64,000 nt of DNA from Lingula anatina (taxonomy: Eukaryota > Animalia > Brachiopoda): positions 26,170,401-26,234,400 of the forward strand of contig CM120641.1 in assembly GCA_051362555.1 (NCBI GenBank). Direction: 5' to 3'. This document shows, piece after piece, positions 1 through 23,639 of this stretch; within the stretch, counting starts at the first letter, position 1; every line of letters begins with the position of its first letter. Position numbers and translations under genes: made by a program. The notes under the pieces were generated by a model that was not told the origin of the DNA, ran no database searches, and worked only from the letters and a program-made list of their open reading frames with translations.

Positions 1-1
1 T

Positions 2-11699
<11,698 letters not shown>

Positions 11700-11830
11700 C
11701 GCTTGCGCCTTGTTTTGAGAGTGATCAACCCCTTTCTACTCTGCTGCTCACCAAAACCTGCACATTCGGATTGGTTGATATAGGTCACATGCCCACCGGC
11801 TTCCGGGAAGTCACATGGGTTAATGAAAAC
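11700..11830 (-). promoter_or_regulatory. Probable promoter/5' UTR of the B56 gene
   Basis: CpG-enriched patch directly upstream of the ATG at 11699. Contains a CCAAT box (ATTGG 11770-11774), two GTCACATG E-box-like sites (11784-11791, 11810-11817) and ETS-like CTTCCGG/GGGAAGT. YY1-like GCCGCCATATT and AAACATGGCTGCC lie at 11360-11390 in intron 2. Confidence 0.6.
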
Positions 11831-13627
11831 AGAGAGATGGAGAGAGGGAGCAAAAGAGAGTGACAGAGATTGAAAATTCCAATCTTTCATCAGTAGTTTT
11901 ATGAAATAAAACGTATTATCTCACAATTAAAAAGGAAACTATACTTGGCTGCCTGTGTCAATGGCACTGCTGCGATGTTCTTGTGTATTCTTAACAATTG
12001 TGTTTTGTTTCGTGGCTTGATTCTGTCAATCACTCAATGATAGCCGCATGCACACTATTGATCTAGCAGTGTGCTGCTATAACTTGGCACCTTGTGCTTA
12101 GTACGGCTGGCTGGCTTGGGCAAATTACTCTGCCAAAGACCCCATTTGTTATCTTGTGACTGGAAACTTTTTTAGGGGATGGGGGCAAAATTTTGTTCAC
12201 TTCATTTTCACAATTTTAAGCTACATGTACCAGTTTCTAAAAACATTTTTCCACCCGGTGATGGAGTAATCATAATCACCCACGTTACCTTGAAATAATC
12301 AATATTGGTTGTTATGTGGTCTTGTTTTCTCAGAAATTATAAGACAGGCATTAGCATTAGTGGAAGACAGGAGAAAAATGATTCTAGCTGAAGAGATAAT
12401 TCAAATGCCAAGTGCTTTTATTTTCACACAAACAACAATTTCTAGGACTGTGTGTATGTGGAAGGGGGCATGATAAATGGAATCCAAATATAGGATATGA
12501 AAAATTGAGATACTACAAACTGTAATCAATAACAGTTCTATGTATTTATAAAAAATAATCCTCATTAAACTTAAAATATTAGTAAGTGTTCCATTGTTAG
12601 GGCGGGATTTCGAATTATGCAGAACTTCTTATTTAAGTATCCATATTTGGAAAAACTTAAAAATTGTAGATACATTTGCAGTTCCAAATTTAAAGGGCAA
12701 TGGTATCAAATGACTTATGTGAATATACAAGAAGAAAGTGATACACATTTCATTGATTCAAAAAATCATTTATGAAATTATTGTGAACAACTTGGTTTAC
12801 ATTGCATTAACTTGAACAAGGCTACATGTATATTTGTCTCCTGGATGTTATATCCTAGATCTTTAAATTGAATCCTAGATCAGAGATACAGTGTATCATG
12901 ACTCTGTTACACAATGCAACCCAGGCAAATTGATGCAATATTCCTTTATAAGAAGTATATAAGACATTTCACTTATCGTGTCAGTCAATCTATCATAACA
13001 CAACATATTGCACATAAAGAGGATGAATCCAATTTTGAACAACCAAGATACACGCTCAATCCACGCTAAATTAGGAAGTATTAAAGATTGTAGTAGGTGC
13101 TTCATGTTCCACAGGTGGAGTGATTACTTCTGAATCAGCAAAAGAAAGACATGATGCCACCCATTTCCCCATTTTTATGCCATTTCCCCACTTCAAGCAG
13201 TTGGATTCAAAACACTGAACAGAATGAGAACTATAATTATGGTACCAATCTCATAGTGGCATAATATCCAAACGTTTTCCGACTACTCTTGATGCTTACT
13301 TAAACAGATAATCACTCAAAGTCTTGATCAGTGACTTATAGTATTGATAAATGAACAAATATAAAATTAAGAATGCATATAACAAACACATTTTAAAGGA
13401 GGCATGCTCCAACCATCCTTTGGAGCAATACCCATGTGATACTTAAAGTGTGACCATCTATATGTTGATGTCCTATTTAATCCTTTTCAGTCTATTTTTT
13501 TATCTTTTTCTATTACCATTCCTCATAATTACCGACCTCACACAGGTGCTGGTCATGGCCTGCTGACAATACTTTTAACTTGTATCCAAATGAATACAAA
13601 AACAAGAAGCCGGTTACAGCTATACTG

Positions 13628-13750
13628 GGCCCCGTAACTCAAAAGCATGGCTCATTGCGACTGACTGCAAACGTCTCAATTCCATAACTCGCCCCATATA
13701 CATTGTAGCCTCTGTGAGATATCGCTATTCGCAACGTTTTCGAGTTCTAA
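13628..13750. mobile_element. Possible degenerate short MITE remnant downstream of the atlastin stop codon
   Basis: CpG-richer island starting GGGCCCCGTAACTCAAAA and ending TTTTCGAGTTCT, with a partial inverted match AACTC(A/G)AAA. Single copy in the window; no clear TSD. Confidence 0.25.
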
Positions 13751-14974
13751 GATTATAACATAACTGTGGTATGGTGATTTGACTACAGACTGAACCAGCG
13801 TCACTAATTAAGATAAACACAAAATTCTTCTGTAAAGAAACAATAAATGAGTGTGTTATATACAAAAGAGTGCATAGTTATACATAGTTAATATTCTAGT
13901 TATCATAAGATTAACCAGGGATAAGAAAATCTGTTATACTATGCATCAGCACCTTAAGCTTGTGTCACAGCACCTGTTGATATTTTTATCTCAAACATTA
14001 AATGTTTAACGATGACAAATGGGTGTTAATCATTCTCTTCGATAATATGAATGTAATCTTCATATTCTATTACTAACATATAGGAATAAATAGGCATCAA
14101 AACAGTATCAATGCATGGAAATACTTACAAGTGTCATTTCAGCAGTAAGCTAAATTCGTAAATTTAGAAAACTAATTTCCTTTATGTACATAAAAAGGTA
14201 AATTCTTTTAAAGAAATTTGTTTTGTTGCTTACCCTCAGCAGAGGAAAAATATCTAACTCAATGCTCATTTAAATAAGTCCATACTGTAGTTACAAGACT
14301 GTATTACGATTAGAGTGAGCTGATTTTTGCAAAACTGGAAAGGAATTGAGCCCACAGTTTTCTGGGATCATAAGTCTTTGCACTTTCCTTAGTTACTGGA
14401 TTTTATCATCGTAATTTTAACATCTATTATTTTCTTAATTATAATGGGCATAAATTGTCAACAAATTTCTCTGTAAATAATTTACAATTCATCAACATAA
14501 ATTTTCAGTCTGTCACAAGTTCCCAATAAATATGCTAATAACAAACAGTCTGTACCCCACAAACCAAGATGAAGTCAATGAAAATAAGTACACCTTCATT
14601 CTGTTGTCTACTCTTTGAATTGAGGAATGCTAAAATCCAGTGAGCGAGTATTTCAAAACACTGAAGCTGACTGGCCAACTGCAACAAGTTTCAAAAACAG
14701 TACAACATGCAGAAAAAAAGAGAGAAATGTTGAGAATACATCCCAGCAAAATATCAACAAAAAAGAAACAACACTGTGGGCAGCCCATGAAAGCATAAGA
14801 TCTGGGAACAAATTCAGAGTCAAAATGTAGTGCATAGCAAGTAGACGGTTCTTCTTCTATCAGTATGGTTCTCTGCTGCCATGAACAACAATCACTACTG
14901 TTTATTCCAATTTGAACAGGAAAGTGATTAGCTTCGATTTCAATATAATTTCATTGCTGATTTCCTGCCATTCC

Positions 14975-17900
14975 TTAGTTTGATTTCAACTTGGTGTTGG
15001 TTGCATGCTTTAAACTTTGAGCCATGAAGTGTGCATATGCTGGGGAAAGCACCTATAAATAAATACATAAAGCAAAATAGATAAATCAAAGAAATAAATT
15101 TAATATAACACACTGGAATTCAAGTGGGAATCAAAAATTAACAATATGAACAAATATCAAATAACACATTTAACACAAAATCATACAAGAATTGAATAAG
15201 ACTAGAGCAAATTAGAGTCACAAATAGCACAAAAATCACATGCAAAATTGACATGTCAAGGGGAAAACTATATATGTCAATGGGAATAACACTTACACTT
15301 TCTAAGCACAATATATGTACATTTAAATGACAACATTTTACAAATGGCAACAGCAAATTTAACAAACCCCTATCCCTTAACAGTCAAGTGACACTTTTAC
15401 TTAGATTTATGTTTGATTTTCCTTTTCTTTCTAGAAAATCTGTTTACCTGTTCCCATATTCCTTCTGCTGCAGAATCAATGTGTTGTCCTATGTCACGAT
15501 AGTTACCACTGTACCTGACGTAGGCCCAAAATGTGACCACAAGTATAATCAAATATACAATACCAGTAAACAGATTAGCTATGGTGTCCATGTACAAAAA
15601 GCCAAAAAGTCCAGACAAGAAGTAGGCCGCAACAAGCACCACCCCAAAGGTGGCAGGGGTGCGTGCATGCTTGAAAATATTCTTGGACTCATTCGCTTTG
15701 ACAAAGTTCTCATAGGCTTCAAGGATTTCTTCCTCTAGTTTCTCCTGATAGGCACTGCTGAATGAATCTCCTCCCATTTTCTTAGCACTGCAGAAGAGTT
15801 CCACTGCTTGCTGTTTGATACTGTCATGATCTCTGTCTAACTGTTCCGAGCTGAGATATGGTCTATCTCCACCACAAATCTAGTCAAATATTATTATCAA
15901 TTTTTTTTTTTCCAAGTAAAAAAATTCTTCACCAATAGCACATAATTTACAAATAATATTTGGAGGGATATGGATACAAATTATTGGTTCTAGCTACTAC
16001 TAAAATGCTAAGCTCAGTGATTATAAAACGTGTATCTTAAAGGTTGCTTAGGAGGAAACAAAAAAAAAATCCTTATACTTTAAAATCTATATTCACGGTC
16101 AAACTACCATAAATCAAACAAATATCAACGTGACACAGATTAAAAAAAAAAAAAGAAAAACACATACCTTTTCCATTTCCTTTACATATAATGCTTTTGC
16201 ATTTGCAACAGCAGCTAAATTATTTGCTTCCGCAGTAGCCTAAAAAACAATTTTGGCTGATAACATGCATTGTAAAATCACAATAAAAATATATACATGA
16301 TATTAGTACAAGTATATATATATACAACAAAGCTTTGATCCCTTTTTTCATAACTTAACCATAATAAATATTCTACTCAATATGGATGTTAATGGCTTGT
16401 GTACCTGTTCAGGTCACGTCAGTAAAATTAATATTGATTTATCTGAACGTTTACTTCGAAACATCTATCCATTATTCACACTGCTGACCTTTATGGCAAT
16501 GCCCCATGTTTTATGAGGTTTCGGAATAAAAGTTATATCGTGCACCTGTTTAATATTGCCTATCAGACACACATACCACGCAATTTTCATCATAAATTTC
16601 AATTTACCTGCAGCATAGACTTGGGTTCTGGGAGCTCGTCTCCTTTGAATACAATGATATAAGCTTTGAAGTACTCTACCAGTTCTCTAGATGTGACTTT
16701 AGCCCCATTTATTTCTTTTGTGATCAAATTTCCTGGAGCAAGGATTAATGGCACTAACATTTTAAGCTGTTTTTTGAATTCCTCTTCAATATCTGAAAAA
16801 AAAGGAAATGCCAAGTTTCAGAAATATATTTCATGTCATGTGTAATACCCTTATTGTTTTTATCTATATAGAAAGGTATTCCCTCAGTTTATTTCTTAAG
16901 CCTTCACATTGCTCCAAACGAGTTTGAATATATCATGCATTGGCGATTAAACACAAACTGAGGACCAAAAAAAATCATATCAGCTAACAATTACAGAATT
17001 ATATTATCTTTAATGATCAAATAAAAACATGGACTTCAAACTTGCATGTGTACTAAATACTTTTTGTTAAGATAAATAAATTGATAAATTATGATTCTTT
17101 TATGTTACTTTTATCACTAATCAGGCTTTAAATTCTGATCATGCCTAACCATATTTTAGTTATACCAAATAACCATCTACCTTGAACTGAAAAGTGGATT
17201 ATAAATATCATGATACAAGTTAGTCAATGTAAAATGTGAAATTCCTTACCTGCCAATCTGCCATCAAAATGAGGGTTGGTGGCAACTTTTAGTCCTGGGT
17301 GCGGCAGCAAGAAACAGCCAATCTTTTCAAAACAGGACCTGATATGCTTGCGAAGAGACTGTAATTCTTCGTGTTGTCTAGCTTTCAACTAGAAATACAA
17401 ACAGACAAAACAATAATATTAATATTAATGATAACAATAAAATATAAAATGACAACAGTAATAATAATTATATTTGTAGTGTGAATTTGAGGTCTGGTAA
17501 AACACAATATTGACTGTAGACATCATCACCGAACATAATACTGACGAAAGACATCTTAGCCTATTTTTTTCCAATCAGAAAAAAAAAAATATATATATAT
17601 ATATCAGTCATATGCCAATAATGTTTGGTGACAGGAATGTTGCAACATCTGATAACATCTTGGAAGACACTGACCTTTGACTGCAATCAGGTATTATATG
17701 ATAAAACAAAACTACTATAGACCCTGTCAATGTAATTATATGTAATTTGTGGTCTGCAAAACTAAATATCAACCTCAGTCAAAGTCTACAACTGCACAGC
17801 AGAAAAGAATGCCTTTTTAGAAATCTTTTGAAGTATACCATGAATTTCTCTTCATCCTTTTTTGAACTTTGAACATAATATATTTACATCCAAAACCCTC

Positions 17901-20900
17901 ATCTTTTATGTATCATGTGAATAAAAATGAGTTATGTTTGCATGGGGAGTAAGTCCATTATTCCCCTGATGTTAATTCAGTATAAACATATATATATACA
18001 TGTAGTGAACAACAAAATAGCCTCACTGTTTAAAAAATTTTAAGTGGTTCTACAGCCAAATGTGATTGGCTCTCTTACCTCTAAACGTTTTTCTAGCAAT
18101 CCATTTCCACCCTTTTCTCCAAAATCATGTTCATATGGGAAACTCCAATCTCTGACTAAAAACTCTAAAGACTGAAATGTTAAATATAACAAAACATTTA
18201 TGTTGCTACTGCATTACATTAATTTTGATATTTTTTATCATTTTGAGATAGTAAGACTAGAAATGACTGAATTTTTATACATCCCATTTGTGAAATGTCA
18301 CTGATGTATTCATCAGAAACCAAGATTAATTAATAAACAAATACTGATAAGTAGGAAAACTTTATGAAATGAACATTCAACTGTACCATCTCCAACAGTA
18401 CACAATATATAAATTGAATTATAGAAAAGTCACCTGAAATGGCTTTGCTGATGTATCTGCTAATGCTAGTCTTCCATATTCTGTAAAAAGCTGGAGGAGA
18501 AAAGTATGACAATTAACAATTTTGGCTTGACATGAAGCACGCAAATGTAAAGCTGAAAACAATTTTGAAAAACAATTAACTGGCATTCAACTTTGTTTCA
18601 AACATTGCATTTGAGTGCAATTTGATTGAATCTTATTGATAACAAGTGAAAATGTTCAGTTGCAAGGCAAAATTATGAATACAGACATTAACTAGTTTTA
18701 CTGTTTTACAACTGACTAAACTCACCTGCAGATGTTGCAAATCATCTTCTTGTATGTTTGAAGATATGTTAAATACCTGACAAAAATTGAAGGGATTGTC
18801 AATTCTCTTTTGATGTGTACAGAAAACAAACATGTAGTAGACATGTGGTAAGTATAGCAGAAAGAGGTTATTATAAGGCTGTACTTTTTGAGTTGATCAA
18901 TTGCATTCTCTTCACAACAATAATTTGAAAACAGGGTATCTGATAAAAAGTTTAATTTTTTTAAACTTATCTAAACCAATTTAACCTTTTGTTTTTCATT
19001 TTTACCCAGTATAATACAGTTCACTGACATGGAATAATAGATTTGTATAGTGTAGCTTTCCAACCTCAACAATTTGAGATTGCCAATATTATAGCTCTCA
19101 GAATAGAGAAGTCACGTTCATCATGTTGAAAATAGTGTTATTGAGCACTGTTACAATATATCATTAACAACAGAACACCTGAAACCAGTAAAAGTGCACA
19201 GGGTCAATAAACTATGTCAGTCTTGTCAGTTATTTTACCTGAACAGAACTGAGCATAGTACTCAGTGCAAATACTGTAGCACAGTCTTTCACTGTGGACT
19301 GACTATCAAATGCTCCTTGAGTGTCCATCAAAAGTACAGCCACCTGCAACAGAGGGTCAGATACACTGTATTTCCACGACGGCAGAATGTCACAATTATT
19401 ACTCAATGATGTACCATTTACTAATTTATAAACAGTGCTGTTATTTACTACAACATTTCTTTAATTTATCAACATGCATTAACAACTGGTCATAAAAATT
19501 AAATTCAAACACATTAATTGACAACAATTCTCATAAATTTTTGCAGAATTGAAACGGACAAAAAACAATGGCTTCATGAATATATATCACTTTAAGTTCA
19601 AACATATTTAAAAAAAGCTACTGAGTGTTTACACGTTTAAAAAAATACAACATATCTATATTTTTTAACGATCATATCAATATAATGTTAACAGAAAGGT
19701 GTACCTCTTGTCCATTTGGGAGCCTTGACACAAAAGCTTCACTCCACAAAAGAATCCCAGTGGTATCCCTTTCTGAGCCTCCTCTCCAACTGAAACCTTC
19801 CAATGGAGAGTTGTCATCTCCCAGCCATTCATCACTTGCCTGAAATAATAACAAATGAAGTTTAACCATTATTGCTGTAAATACTCGTTAAAAATCATAA
19901 TTATGAGCATCACTTTTTCTTCTATAATATAAATTTATGTAAACAAACCATTAAGGTAATTTAATCACTGTTTTTTTTTTTTGTTTGTTTGTTTTTTTGC
20001 ATTTACTGCATCAGATAGTTCTCTTCAATAGACTTGAATTTTAAATAGGCGTTATTCATAAAATGACAAAGCTCTGGGCAACATTTTACATAATCTTCTT
20101 CTGAATTATGAATAATTTAAATAAATCTACAACAAAGGTGAAAAACACCAGTGTTCTTGCTCTAAGTCTGTCCACCTACCTGTGCATCAGGTGTTGCATT
20201 TAGATATCTCAGAAAGAAGTCCAAAAGAAAAGACTTTCCTTTCCTGAAAGCTCCAGCCACTGAGACCACCACAACCTGTTTATCCTTAATCTTGTTCTGC
20301 AGCAGCACCTTCTCTAGTGCTTCTAAATCTAGATTAAAGGCATGGTCTTCGTCAAATGTGACAACTTGAATTGGGTAACCCTTCAATCTGACACCTTCAG
20401 CAGACACTAAAAGAAAAGAAACAGAACAAGTTGAAAACCATGGCAACAAGAAAAGTCCATGACAGCAAAACGACCTCAATCACTAATTTGTCAAGGATAA
20501 ACTTTGATGATGGTCTATATTCCTAAAAATGGCCTCACCCAGGAAAGTAAGGAAAAGCATAAGGATTTTTCCATTTTCCCAGATTGTTTACAGCATTATG
20601 GTAAGTGTCAGGAAAGGAGGATCAAAGGTTGGTTAAAAGGCGATAAATACCATCTACCCTAGGTAATTCCGTTCAGTATGTTTTTTTTTTCCTAGGAAAT
20701 ATTTACACTGGATAACTAAATTATGACTATTTTTTTTTTTTTTTTTGGGGGGGGGGGGGATATCTCATTCCATTGTTATGACAAAGACAGTTTATACTCT
20801 CAATATATGCATTTATTTATTTTCAGAACTGATGGAAGGAGTGGAGGAAACATCTTGGGTAAATTATCTAACTACATATGGAATTTGTCGACAGTCACTA

Positions 20901-21556
20901 CAAAAATCTTGCATCAGGCAAGTAAAGCCAATAGGTGTGTCAAGCCCTGATTTAATTAAATAAAATTAAGATCTAACCTGCAAATAAACGTACTGGGTAA
21001 TGATTTTGCACCAATGTGGTATTTCATGCAAGCTTGTTATTCCCAGCTCACCTTTCTTTTTTTATTTAATTTCCTGCTTTTCACTTTGTAAAATTTATTT
21101 ATCCATTTTGTCCCCCAAACGCTGCTTGGTGCTGGTGATGACAGTGCTACTGTGAGTGTGATTATTGCATTTTCAGTTTCAACTTTTAAGCCTTTAATTT
21201 CACCACCACTTATTCTGTAAAATCTACTTGAGTAGATAAATGTTGTATTACCAAGGCTCTCTGTAACCAATTTGCAACAGCAGTGCACAACCAAGGCATT
21301 GCTACTGTCGCTCACATATTGTAGTTGGTGTAAATTGTAGGGGTGGCATTGCAAACTAAGTTGAGCATTTGTAGCTACCTGTCCCAAGTATTAAATGTAC
21401 AATATGACATGCTTTAACATTTGTATTAAAATGAGCTACCACAAACGTCAAATGATTTCTTAATCCAATCTAACCCTGAAGATATTCAATACCTGGAGCT
21501 GACGTGTTCAGTGTCGTTTCAACCACTTTCCGAAGTTCTGTTGGCTTTGAAGCCAT
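14975..21556 (-). CDS. ATL: Atlastin (dynamin-like ER membrane fusion GTPase), complete, 12 coding exons, about 545 aa
   Basis: Exons 21493-21556, 20180-20406, 19705-19839, 19239-19343, 18726-18776, 18434-18490, 18079-18171, 17250-17388, 16608-16792, 16168-16239, 15448-15879, 14975-15052; all GT-AG and in phase. Motifs: P-loop GAFRKGKS, G2 [11 protein letters not shown]3 DTQG, G4 [17 protein letters not shown], two TM helices, amphipathic tail, C-terminal KLKSN (KxKxx-type). Exon 1 (MASKPTEL...) is less certain than the rest. Confidence 0.97.
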
Positions 21557-21941
21557 ATTGGAATAGACGTGACGTCACCTTCCCAGAATCCAAACGGATG
21601 ATGTCACGAACTATTTTTCGGCTCGTTCGCAACCGGAAGCATCGATTCCTGTGTCATTATATATTCCACATTAATATTTTTCAGTTAACACTGCCCGTCA
21701 AATTGCAAAAAAATAAATATGGAAAGATTCAAAGAGTAAATGATTTTATCTTGACAAGGTTAACTGTTCAAAATAACACATTGTTTATGTCGAACTTGAT
21801 TTAAAAGCGGATGGTTAATAATGAGTCCACAGGCTTGTAGTATTTTACGTAGAGCAAGTTTACACAGTAATTTTGAGTTTACATCAACTTTGAAGCTTGC
21901 AAGCTACACCGAAGACCGAGTAGTTTTAAACACAGGTAAGC
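21557..21941. promoter_or_regulatory. Candidate bidirectional promoter (atlastin / ZNF541-TRERF1-like gene) with a non-coding plus-strand first exon ending at 21935
   Basis: CpG-rich segment with palindromic CRE TGACGTCA (21570-21577) and ETS ACCGGAAG (21632-21639). Strong plus-strand donor CAG|GTAAGC at 21935/21936, pointing toward the downstream plus-strand gene whose first coding exon begins with an acceptor at 32279. Confidence 0.6.
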
Positions 21942-22838
21942 ATATGCAAAATGTCAATGCATGAAGATCGTCGTGATCAAAGACTTACTGTAGTTGCACT
22001 TTTGCAAGAGAGAGATCGAAACGCCGAAATCGTGGACCCTGCAAGCACTCGCTTGCACCGAAGTGGATGTAGGTCACATTTACCCGAGTCAGCTGGGTTT
22101 CATTTTGCTGGTTTTACCGCTCTTTGGCAACTTCCGATATAAAAGCAGTTCATATTGATAATGACTATTAATGTGTGGCTCAAGGACACTCCACCTGATA
22201 AACCCAAAACTAAGTGCTTCCTTTTCCTTGCCAGTGCATTGCCTTGTCCAGAAATGATTGCTTGTTGATTTGTTATCCTCAGCGCACGCCTAGTTATATC
22301 TAGTTATGTGTAAATATTTCACGTCTTATTGTTTCATTTACTCTTAATTATATTACTCAGAGAGTTAAGGCAAATCCATTCTTCTTATTTTCAATATGAA
22401 TAAAGGTTGAAGGTATCTTAAGGCATCTCCATGTTGTTCTGCAGATTGCCTCAATTTAAGCCTCAGGTGTACTACAGATATGTTGTTTATATACACATAC
22501 ATATACAGAAAAAAATTAAAGCTATATTTTGACTTAATTAAATGATTTTATTTTTATTTTTTCAAAAAGTACATATATACCTTAAAGCTACATATGAAGT
22601 CAAATCTTTGCCACCCAACCTGACCAAATGCCATCTTATTGTTTCAAATAGCATAACTTAAGACTGCTTTCTCTCTGTGCTTTATATAATCCCCAGTTGT
22701 TTCCGGCAAGGCTTATTTGAATATTATGCTGTTGCGCGAGTAGCAGTAATGCGTCAGATACAATTACATCATTTGGTAGACTCTTAACAAACTTGAATGG
22801 CAGATTGTAGGCCAAGTTTACAATCAAACATTTGGAAA

Positions 22839-23528
22839 TCATTTTACAGCTATTTTTTGACTGGTCGAGTGATTAAACTTGTGGACCTAATTTGAAAATA
22901 GAAGATAAGGCTAAATATGCCTCATAGAGAAACTACAATCACTTCTTATTTAACTTTAAACTGCTTTGCTTTTCACTAAATGATTATCATGCAAAACTAA
23001 TTCCATGGTGTCTTGATAGTTAACTACATTGTGCAAATAGATTTTTCATTATAAACAACAGTTAGTCATTTTACAAAGTTGTCACAGATATAAGCTGTTG
23101 TTCTTGCAGTCACCAAAGACATTTTGTATAAAAGATGGTGATTTATATTATAATAAAGTTATGTATTTTTTGTTGTTTCCGTCATTTTACAGCTATTTTT
23201 TGACTGGTCGAGTGATTAAACTTGTGGACCTAATTTGAAAATAGAAGATAAGGCTAAATATGCCTCATAGAGAAACTACAATCACTTCTTATTTAACTTT
23301 AAACTGCTTTGCTTTTCACTAAATGATTATCATGCAAAACTAATTCCATAGTGTCTTGATAGTTAACTACATTGTTCAAATAGATTTTTCATTATAAACA
23401 ACAGTTAGTCATTTTACAAAGCTGTCACAGACATAAGCTGTTGTTCTTGCAGTCACCAAAGACATATTTTGTGTAAAAGATGGTGATTTATATTATAATA
23501 AAGTTATGTATTTTTTGTTGTTTCCGTC
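22839..23528. repeat. Near-perfect head-to-tail tandem duplication, 2 x ~343 bp
   Basis: TCATTTTACAGCTATTTTTTGACTGGTCGAG... starts at 22839 and again at 23182. The copies differ by only a handful of substitutions and a small indel. Confidence 0.93.
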
Positions 23529-23575
23529 TCTTAATCCTGCTTGTCAAAATCTTTGTTATGTTGCAGATGGATGAG

Positions 23576-23582
23576 GTGTGTG

Positions 23583-23614
<32 letters not shown>

Positions 23615-23639
23615 TGCGTGCGTGTGTGCGTGCGTGTGT
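23576..23639. repeat. Compound microsatellite (TG)n(TGCG)n
   Basis: Directly visible. Confidence 0.95.

Noticed and set aside
21037-21387. 116-aa minus-strand ORF in atlastin intron 1
   Set aside because: Non-ATG start, no homology signal, and not needed for the atlastin reading frame.
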